From contig JAEUWE010000216.1 of assembly GCA_016791465.1 (NCBI GenBank), positions 1 to 17,589 on the forward strand: DNA of 17,589 nt, read 5' to 3'. Made by a program: the position numbers and the translations under genes. This DNA is from Pseudobdellovibrionaceae bacterium. Its GTDB lineage: Bacteria; Bdellovibrionota; Bdellovibrionia; Bdellovibrionales; JAMPXM01. This document shows, piece by piece, positions 1 to 6,685 of the stretch. Within the stretch, counting starts at the first letter, position 1. Every line of letters starts with the position of its first letter. Below the pieces are notes generated by a model. It ran no database searches and was not told where the DNA came from. It saw only the letters and a program-made list of their open reading frames with translations.

Positions 1-36
1 GAGGCCTGTGATCGATCCGGGTGTCAGCAGTTTCAC
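1..36 (-). CDS. Possible 5' end of a further operon gene running off the window (GTG AAA CTG CTG ACA CCC GGA TCG ATC ACA GGC CTC = MKLLTPGSITGL...)
   Basis: GTG at 36-34 overlaps the TGA stop (35-33) of the upstream ORF as GTGA, matching the coupling style of the other genes in this operon; the frame stays open to the window edge. Confidence 0.35.
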   Translation of the reverse strand, partial: MKLLTPGSITGL

Positions 37-767
37 GCAGCCTCATCAATGGGTGGTTGATCTGAGCGTTCGGCCGAAATGTCTAGGCTTCCTAGCCAGA
101 ATGCTCGGTGTGGAGCGGATGTTGCGACGTCGCGAATCATCTTATCCAATTGCAGATCGGCCATTGTCCAAGAGTAAACAATGGCCGGTGGCTGTGAGTG
201 GGCAAGTAGTATGAGGCGGTCATTTGCTCTCGTTCGAAAGCTATTGACTGAAACATTCACATTGCTATCGAGTCCTAGAAGTTGTCCAGGAAGAGGCGTC
301 AGTGGTGTTCCGTTTTTTTGCTCCGAACAATCGAGAGAGAGATCGGTTTTCGACTCAAGGGAAAGCAGAGTTTGATTCTTTCGTGCGAGGAGGACGTTGG
401 GGCCGCCAACCTGAACCCAGCAAAGCTCGTTGCCCGATAAGGTGAGAGCAAGTAGCTCGACGCCGACGTGGTATTCGTCGCGGTTGTCCTCTCGATAGAG
501 CATATCGTTAGCGAGGAGAGCTGCAATGCGTAGATTGTTTGCGGCATCAGAAAGGCATGAAAGTTTCGGCAATGGCGAAGTTGCCTCCTTGTCCTGGGAT
601 GCGAATGCCAGGAATTCCAAGACACGGTCGATCACCTTCCTTGCGCCCGATCGAGGGCCCCATGGAACTGCGACGATGAGTGTATTGAGCGACGCTTCGA
701 AGTGAACTTCGGGTGTCGGGCGAGGCTGTTTTCCAGAATAAGGCCGATGCTGAAAATCGAACTTCAT
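33..767 (-). CDS. Degenerate PP2C-like (Ser/Thr phosphatase fold) protein, probably catalytically inactive
   Basis: Order of PP2C-like blocks: ELLALTLSGNELCWVQVGGPNVLLARKNQTLLSL...GQLLGLDSNVNVSVNSFRTRANDRLILLAHSQPP, comparable to the canonical GNRLYVANVGDSRAYLLR...GDRLLLCSDGL. ATGA overlap with the upstream gene. Confidence 0.55.
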   Translation of the reverse strand: MKFDFQHRPYSGKQPRPTPEVHFEASLNTLIVAVPWGPRSGARKVIDRVLEFLAFASQDKEATSPLPKLSCLSDAANNLRIAALLANDMLYREDNRDEYHVGVELLALTLSGNELCWVQVGGPNVLLARKNQTLLSLESKTDLSLDCSEQKNGTPLTPLPGQLLGLDSNVNVSVNSFRTRANDRLILLAHSQPPAIVYSWTMADLQLDKMIRDVATSAPHRAFWLGSLDISAERSDQPPIDEAA

Positions 768-2770
768 GTGCCCTGATCCGAATAGTTGCGAAGTTTCATT
801 TTAGACTTCAGATAGTATTCACCATCCGTCGTATCGCGATCCATGATTTGTCGCCACTTGCTCTGTGCTTCCTTCACTTGTCCAACGCCTTCATAGAGAA
901 TGGCGTCTTCGTACAGCGTACGCAGTTGTGAATTGAGTTCTTTCCTTACGCGAGCAATAAACTCCGCAGCCTTCTCGCTCTTTGGATCAAACTCTTTGGC
1001 GCGTCTTGCGCCCTCGAGGGCGTCTTTGAAGTTTCGACTCTGGTAGGCCGCGTTGGCCGACGCGAGTGCTTCATCGACTTTTGTTGCAAGCATTGACTTA
1101 ATTTTTACAATATTTTGCTGAGAGCGTGTTTTGAGTCCATCGGGATCCGGCATTTGCGATGCGATGTGCTTATTGAACGCGTCGATTGCCGGATACCACT
1201 GACCTTGTCGTTGTAGGGCAAGGGCTTTCTCATGAAGCTCGCGACCGCGATCAACTTTGTCTTGGTAGTCGCGATGTGCTGAGAGCTTTGATGTGCGTTC
1301 GCCAACTCGTTTTTCGACCCGACCGATCAAATCGATAACCAGGGGATTGGTGGGATCGAGTCCGATCGTGGGCGAAAGACACTGACGAATCTCATCGACA
1401 CTAAATGTGCGGTTGGCGATTGGATTGCATTGTTGAATATTGCGATCGATGATGCGTTTTTGTTCTTCCACACGTTTCTGTTCGGCCTCAATGAAGGCTA
1501 ATTTCTCGGCGTTGGCGCGCTGAGCGAGGCAGTCCTCCTCCATTGTCTTTGATCCTTCGTAACCTTCCGGTAGAATTTCGTGGAGTTTTTTGAGCTGCTC
1601 GTAGGCGTTCTCAAACTTGCCTTGCATGTAGAGATTGCGAGCTGTGACATAGATCTCTTTAATAGTCTGCTTTTGCTGTGCGGAGAGTCGCTCAATTCCG
1701 TTTCCGGGATCGTTTGTCTTGCTGCTCTTGTTGTCGGAGTCAGGGCCAAAAGCGGCATAGAGTCCGATGACCGCAATCGCAAGAATTGCGGCCAGACGGA
1801 TGGTTTTCGCTTTCGAGTTTTTCTTACTGCTGTCGGCTGACCATTCGGCCCCATAGTTGTCGATGCGAACCGCGCCGCCAGGTCCTTGTAGGACGGGATA
1901 GTTGATCATCTCGTACTGAGCGACCGGAGCGAGTGGTGCCGCGAGCACGTTTGGCGCAATCGCGACTAGGCGCTTTTCAAAATTCGGATCACGAACCTCA
2001 AAGTGGACCTTCAAGGCATTGACTGAAAGAACGTCACCGCTTTGTAGGAGGTGGGGTTCTTCGGGAATCAAAGGCGTGCCGTTGAGAACGGTGCCATTGG
2101 CGCTTCCGAGATCGGTGACAAAGTATCCTTCAGGAGTCGATGTGATCTCAAACTGTCGTCGACTTGCCTTACGGTCCGGAAGAAAGATGTCGCAAGTGTC
2201 CTCGCGCCCGGCGAGCCACTTCTTTCCATCAAGATCGATGCGCTGTTCACTTCCGCTGCTTTTCACAATTCGAATCGAAGGCCGTCCTGGGAGCGAAACG
2301 CCGACGTTGGTGGCATCATCATTTCCCTCAAATGAGGGCTGTGGATGTTGTGGCGCCGGAACCAGCGAGAGTGTGCCGCCAGGATGAGCGGGAGGCGCCG
2401 ACGGGGCGTCGTCAGCGAAGTTCTCAGCGCCGACGGCGGCAGACCGGCTGGTCGGAACTGCGGCAGAAATCGCGGACGACTCTTCGACGATACGGAAGTC
2501 ATAAGCCGCGACGTTGAAGACACTTGTTGGCGTGAGCTCAACCTCAGCCGTCGCTTGGCCAGCAACAATGATTTCACCGAACTTCGATAGAACGGAGGCC
2601 TTCCAGACGCCGTCGATTTCGGCGACTTTAAAGTGCTGTCGGGAGATTCCAGGTTGTTCTTGTAATTGGATGGCGCAACCATCGGCACGTCCGATGATGT
2701 ACTCCTCGCCAGAGCGCAACTGGATCGAAGCGATTTCCTTACCATGGAGAAAGGCTTTGAGGATTGGCAT
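764..2770 (-). CDS. Membrane protein with two N-terminal FHA domains, one TM helix and a TPR/helical C-terminal region
   Basis: FHA-like blocks IIGRADGCAIQL...GISRQHF and LAGREDTCDIFLPDRKASRRQFEI...LGSANGTVLNG; TM KTIRLAAILAIAVIGLYAAFG; TPR-like repeats (ARNLYMQGKFENAYEQLKKLHEI; ALALQRQGQWYPAIDAFNKHI; ANAAYQSRNFKDALEGARRAKEFDP; AILYEGVGQVKEAQSKWRQIM). ATG at 2770. Confidence 0.85.
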   Translation of the reverse strand: MPILKAFLHGKEIASIQLRSGEEYIIGRADGCAIQLQEQPGISRQHFKVAEIDGVWKASVLSKFGEIIVAGQATAEVELTPTSVFNVAAYDFRIVEESSAISAAVPTSRSAAVGAENFADDAPSAPPAHPGGTLSLVPAPQHPQPSFEGNDDATNVGVSLPGRPSIRIVKSSGSEQRIDLDGKKWLAGREDTCDIFLPDRKASRRQFEITSTPEGYFVTDLGSANGTVLNGTPLIPEEPHLLQSGDVLSVNALKVHFEVRDPNFEKRLVAIAPNVLAAPLAPVAQYEMINYPVLQGPGGAVRIDNYGAEWSADSSKKNSKAKTIRLAAILAIAVIGLYAAFGPDSDNKSSKTNDPGNGIERLSAQQKQTIKEIYVTARNLYMQGKFENAYEQLKKLHEILPEGYEGSKTMEEDCLAQRANAEKLAFIEAEQKRVEEQKRIIDRNIQQCNPIANRTFSVDEIRQCLSPTIGLDPTNPLVIDLIGRVEKRVGERTSKLSAHRDYQDKVDRGRELHEKALALQRQGQWYPAIDAFNKHIASQMPDPDGLKTRSQQNIVKIKSMLATKVDEALASANAAYQSRNFKDALEGARRAKEFDPKSEKAAEFIARVRKELNSQLRTLYEDAILYEGVGQVKEAQSKWRQIMDRDTTDGEYYLKSKMKLRNYSDQGT

Positions 2771-3744
2771 TAGAACCGCCCCTCTTGAAGCACGTCACAT
2801 TCTTTCTTCATTGCCTCAGCCTGCTTGTACTTAAGGTCCTCTTTGTTGTTCATAAGTAAAAGCGCTTTCTCGAGCGCCGATGAACAGCGAGCGTACATAT
2901 TTTTTTCGAGATAGCGACGCCCTTCGAGCGTGAGTTGTGTTACGGACTCGTCGCGCTGTTTCTCGGCCAGCCTGTAGTAGCGAAGTGCAAGCTGATGTTC
3001 GGGGTCGATTGCTCGAGCCGTTTCAAAAGATCTCATTGCTCGTGAGTAGCTACCTTTTTGATAGTCACGAAAGCCTTCGAGATAATGTCGCTGGGCCTCT
3101 TCGTATCGGGTTTTCTCTTCCTCGGTTCTAAAGGTTCTCTTTTTTGCGGCCGTTGCGGTGCGGGCGTCGCTTTCAGAGATTTCTTTCTCGATTTCAGAAG
3201 TCGTCTTAAGCCCCTTATCGAGTTTTCTCGAAGTGCTGTCGGACATTCCAATATAGACCATGCCGCCGATGATTCCGGTCATGATGAGGTAGAACATACC
3301 TTTGCCGGATTTCTGAGGTCGGACGTTCTTGACTTGCGGTGTGGCGGAGTTCGCCGCGCCGCCCATAACCGAAAGTGATGGAACACCGGGAACGGCCTGT
3401 GGAGCAAGAAGATGCATGGCTTCGACAATGAAGGCGAGTTCTGACTCGCCGATGCGAATCATATCTCCGCCTTTGAGCGGCTGCTGCTCAGCATGCCGGC
3501 CGTTGACGGTCAGCTTTGCTTTACCACTAATGTCGTGAATAGTGATTTCTTCGGGAGTGAATTCGATCACGGCCGCATTTCGGCTCACGCGCGGGTCGTT
3601 GAGAACGACATTGTTCGATGTTGGATCACGGCCGATTGTGACTCTCGGAGGCAAAAGCTGATAGGTCGCGCCAGCATCGGGGCCACCGCGAACAGCAATT
3701 GTGAATTTGAATCCCGTACGAGGGATCGCCGGAGCCAAAGTCAC
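2770..3744 (-). CDS. Membrane protein: N-terminal FHA domain, single TM, C-terminal TPR repeats
   Basis: FHA: VTIGRDPTSNNVVLNDPRVSRNAAVI...KLTVNGRHAEQQPLKGGDMIRIGE; TM GMFYLIMTGIIGGMVYIGM; TPR: AQRHYLEGFRDYQKGSYSRAMRSFETARAIDPEHQLALRYYRLA. GTG start with GGAGGG upstream; stop/start overlap TAATG with the next gene. Confidence 0.85.
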   Translation of the reverse strand: MTLAPAIPRTGFKFTIAVRGGPDAGATYQLLPPRVTIGRDPTSNNVVLNDPRVSRNAAVIEFTPEEITIHDISGKAKLTVNGRHAEQQPLKGGDMIRIGESELAFIVEAMHLLAPQAVPGVPSLSVMGGAANSATPQVKNVRPQKSGKGMFYLIMTGIIGGMVYIGMSDSTSRKLDKGLKTTSEIEKEISESDARTATAAKKRTFRTEEEKTRYEEAQRHYLEGFRDYQKGSYSRAMRSFETARAIDPEHQLALRYYRLAEKQRDESVTQLTLEGRRYLEKNMYARCSSALEKALLLMNNKEDLKYKQAEAMKKECDVLQEGRF

Positions 3745-3750
3745 TACCGT

Positions 3751-5430
3751 TTACCCTCCACTTCTTTGCAGCACGACCAAATACCAACCGGCTTCGCCCG
3801 AGTGATTGAGAACGGCTTGGCCATTGATTTCATATTTCTCACCAGAGAAAGGGATCTCGCTAAAGGCAATTGATCCCATCTGTTCGCGCATTCGCGGAAG
3901 CAGTTCACGCAAGTTCGCTTGGAGCGCTGGATCTGGAACTTCGTTTACAGATCGACCAACGAGAGCACCTGCTGATCCGATGAGATGATCGAAAGCACTA
4001 TTAGTTGCGATGACGCGATCGTCGATGGCATTGATACTCAGTGCGGGAGTGTTCAACATGCGAACGACATTTGAGGCCTCGATGTCTCGATTGATGACAC
4101 CGCCACTGACGCCCCCGAATGCCTGGCCGCTGCCATTGGCGGCGCGGTTCAGCGCCGAGTTCACATTCGAAATCAGCTTTTCAAGCAGTGGATACTGATA
4201 GGGAGTTGCTAGATCATCGCGCCCTTCGCGAAGGGCATCGTTGAGCTGCGTGCTGAGCAGTTCGACTGGATGTTCGACGACACGGCTGAGAAAGAAAAAG
4301 AGAACACCGCCGAGCAGAGCTGCGACAAGGAAGATTTGCAGAAAGAGTCCCATGGTCTGTGCAGGACTCATCGCCATCGATCCCATGTCGTATAGAACGA
4401 CAGAATAGGCGGCGGCCTCTTGTGAGCCGGTGTCGGGATTGTAGCGCGAGATGGGAACCGCAACACCAAGTGTTGAGTCGCCTGTGAATCCATCGGTTTC
4501 TCGCTCTTCGCGTCGCGCTTGATTAACAAAAGGCATTTTGGCGAACTCGCCACGTTTATTGGCGGGCGCGAGAATTGTTCCGTCTTTATTGATGATAACG
4601 GCCGTTGATACGCCTTCTTCAAGTTCGGCCAGTCGAACTGTGACCGCCACCTCGTTTTTCTCAAGGATGGCTTGGCGGTTGATAGCGGCGAGGTTGCGGG
4701 CAATTGTTTTTGCCCGACGGATGCTTTCTTGGCGAATGCTCGACTTGGTCAAGGTCACCATCGGAATCGTCGCGACAAACGTCAATACAACGGCATAAAT
4801 AGCAATCAGAAGGAGTAGGCCCTGACGGTAATTCATGCGTTGAATAAGACTGTAAATCCCAGGCATAGCGACGTGATCAAGATAGAGTCGCAGATTCTCG
4901 AGTAGATCGAAGAGAGCGTTTCCGCTCGAAGCCACTCGGGGACGTGCATCATGTTCGACTTCAGCATGGACTTCTTGGGCGACCTGCGCGCTGGGATCTG
5001 GATAGGCTTGCGCAGCCATCGGATGCTGTTGAACGGGCATGGCGAGGGCGCCATTGCCAGCCCACGCCGGCATCGGGGCAAGACCATTCTGCATGTTTTG
5101 AACATGACGAGGATCAACTCCGGCCGGAAGCTTCAGAATATCAATAATGAGGTCATGAAATGTGAGCTTGTCTCCGGCTTGTAACTTTTGATTTTGAACG
5201 CGAAGACCATTAACGAACGTGCCGTTGCGTGAATTCATGTCGGTGATAATGACTTTACCATCGTCGGTGACAAGAACGGTCGCATGCTCTTTAGAAACTG
5301 CATTCGAGGCCAGTTTGATCTGACAGTTTGGGCTGCGGCCGATGACGTTGTATCCCACAGTGAGCGGCATGATTTGTCCGGCCTGTGGTCCGCTGAGGAC
5401 TCGGATGGCCCAGGTTTCACGACTCGACAT
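3751..5430 (-). CDS. FHA-domain membrane sensor-like protein: FHA - TM - extracytoplasmic region - TM - PAS, no recognisable output domain
   Basis: FHA: YNVIGRSPNCQIKLASNAVSKEHATVLV...MNSRNGTFVNG; TM1 GLLLLIAIYAVVLTFVATIPMV; TM2 GLFLQIFLVAALLGGVLFFFLSRVV; PAS-like RMLNTPALSINAIDDRVIATNSAFDHLIGSAGALVGRSVNEV. ATG at 5430 with AGGAG upstream. Confidence 0.85.
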   Translation of the reverse strand: MSSRETWAIRVLSGPQAGQIMPLTVGYNVIGRSPNCQIKLASNAVSKEHATVLVTDDGKVIITDMNSRNGTFVNGLRVQNQKLQAGDKLTFHDLIIDILKLPAGVDPRHVQNMQNGLAPMPAWAGNGALAMPVQQHPMAAQAYPDPSAQVAQEVHAEVEHDARPRVASSGNALFDLLENLRLYLDHVAMPGIYSLIQRMNYRQGLLLLIAIYAVVLTFVATIPMVTLTKSSIRQESIRRAKTIARNLAAINRQAILEKNEVAVTVRLAELEEGVSTAVIINKDGTILAPANKRGEFAKMPFVNQARREERETDGFTGDSTLGVAVPISRYNPDTGSQEAAAYSVVLYDMGSMAMSPAQTMGLFLQIFLVAALLGGVLFFFLSRVVEHPVELLSTQLNDALREGRDDLATPYQYPLLEKLISNVNSALNRAANGSGQAFGGVSGGVINRDIEASNVVRMLNTPALSINAIDDRVIATNSAFDHLIGSAGALVGRSVNEVPDPALQANLRELLPRMREQMGSIAFSEIPFSGEKYEINGQAVLNHSGEAGWYLVVLQRSGG

Positions 5431-5752
5431 AGAGTTGATCTCCTGGGTTGAGGGTTAGGGGCAGAGTGCCGGCCGCAACTTCAATGACGCTTGTGGCTTT
5501 GAGACGTGGCAACGTTACTCTCCATGGCGGCAAATTGCGGTAGACGTGAATAACGTGCAGCGAGCTATCGACAAAGACGGCGTCGATGGCGAATCGCATA
5601 AACCAAGTGTGGATTGAGTTGCAGCGTTTGATCCAGAGACCTTGATTTTCGGGTAACGAGGCGCGGCCGAGCAGACCCTTGCTTCGTTGTGCAAATGAGC
5701 TTGCGACTTCGAGTTCGCTCACGACCACGGTGCCATTGTGGAGAAGGCGCAT
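5417..5752 (-). CDS. DUF192 family protein
   Basis: VASSFAQRSKGLLGRASLPENQGLWIKRCNSIHTWFMRFAIDAVFVDSSLHVIHV...GTLPLTLNPGDQLYV matches the DUF192 pattern. ATG at 5752 (alternative GTG at 5755); TGATG overlap with the upstream stop; 14-nt overlap with the downstream gene. Confidence 0.85.
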   Translation of the reverse strand: MRLLHNGTVVVSELEVASSFAQRSKGLLGRASLPENQGLWIKRCNSIHTWFMRFAIDAVFVDSSLHVIHVYRNLPPWRVTLPRLKATSVIEVAAGTLPLTLNPGDQLYVES

Positions 5753-6657
5753 CACTGTCCACCTCCATAAATAAACTGCAGCGCAACCGGTGCGAAGACC
5801 ATGATGAAAACGGCCGGCAAGATAAACACGACGAGTGGAATCAGAATCTTCTGCGAAGCTTTGGCTCCTTCTTTTTCTGCGCGCACAAATCGCTCAAGAC
5901 GCATCTGTGCTGATTGATCCTTTAAGACGCGTGCGATGCTGACGCCGGTTGCATCAGAGTCGATCACGACGTTGACCAGTGACTTGATCTCGGGGACATC
6001 GCATCGATTGTCGAGGCCGCGCAGAGCTTCGGCTCTGGAGCTGCCGAGAGTGATGTCGCGCAAGACCTGGTTGAACTCGCCAGCCAAGACGCTGTCGGCG
6101 TTTGCCTTTTCAACAATAGCCTGAATGGCGCCTTGGAAGTCTTTTCCGGCTTCAACGGCAAGCGCCATGAGATCAACAAAGAACGGTAGCTCGGTGATCA
6201 TCGAGCTCTGGCGGTCAGAGCGCATTTTCTTTGCGTGCGAGTCCGGCATACCCCAGCCAATCAATGCGAAAAACAAAAATACGGGCACGGGATAGTTCAA
6301 CTGTAAGGCAAAGTTCAGCACGAGAGCGATGATCGGGAGCACGACACCCCAGAGCAATTTTAGTCCAATGAATTCGTCGACGTTGAGCTCGGCGGTGAGA
6401 CCTGACGTGATGAGCTTGTGTTCAATTTTTTTGCGCCACCGCGGATCTTTAAAGCGAACGGCATAGTGAATTGTAAATTGATGAACGAGCGATCTTGAGA
6501 TCTCAATGAGTTTCGACTTGGATTTTTCTGGTGCATTGCCCGAGGCCCAGGACAGCGCTTGCATTCCTTCGTCCTTCGCAAGCAGCGACGAGACAAAGAA
6601 ATACACCGACACACCTGTGACAAGGATGAGGACCATCGGTAGTAAATCACTTCCCAT
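5752..6657 (-). CDS. tadC: Type II secretion/Tad system F-domain membrane protein, TadC-like
   Basis: SMITELPFFVDLMALAVEAGKDFQGAIQAIVEK...VLRDITLGSSRAEALRGLDNR...IKSLVNVVIDSDATGVSIARVLKDQSAQMRLERFVRAEKEGAKASQKILIPLVVFILPAVFIMVFAP is a typical TadC/GspF C-terminal pattern. ORF track start at 6660 is TTG; ATG at 6657 is preceded by GGAAGG. Confidence 0.85.
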   Translation of the reverse strand: MGSDLLPMVLILVTGVSVYFFVSSLLAKDEGMQALSWASGNAPEKSKSKLIEISRSLVHQFTIHYAVRFKDPRWRKKIEHKLITSGLTAELNVDEFIGLKLLWGVVLPIIALVLNFALQLNYPVPVFLFFALIGWGMPDSHAKKMRSDRQSSMITELPFFVDLMALAVEAGKDFQGAIQAIVEKANADSVLAGEFNQVLRDITLGSSRAEALRGLDNRCDVPEIKSLVNVVIDSDATGVSIARVLKDQSAQMRLERFVRAEKEGAKASQKILIPLVVFILPAVFIMVFAPVALQFIYGGGQ

Positions 6658-6685
6658 CAATCACCTTCCGTGATGTAAGAGAGAC

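Noticed and set aside
713-5147. Multiple 60-170 aa ORFs antisense or out of frame to the FHA operon (e.g. 2263..2745, 2164..2517, 3493..3873, 4944..5147)
   Set aside because: All overlap genes with clear FHA, TM, TPR or PAS content; compositions are typical of shadow frames.
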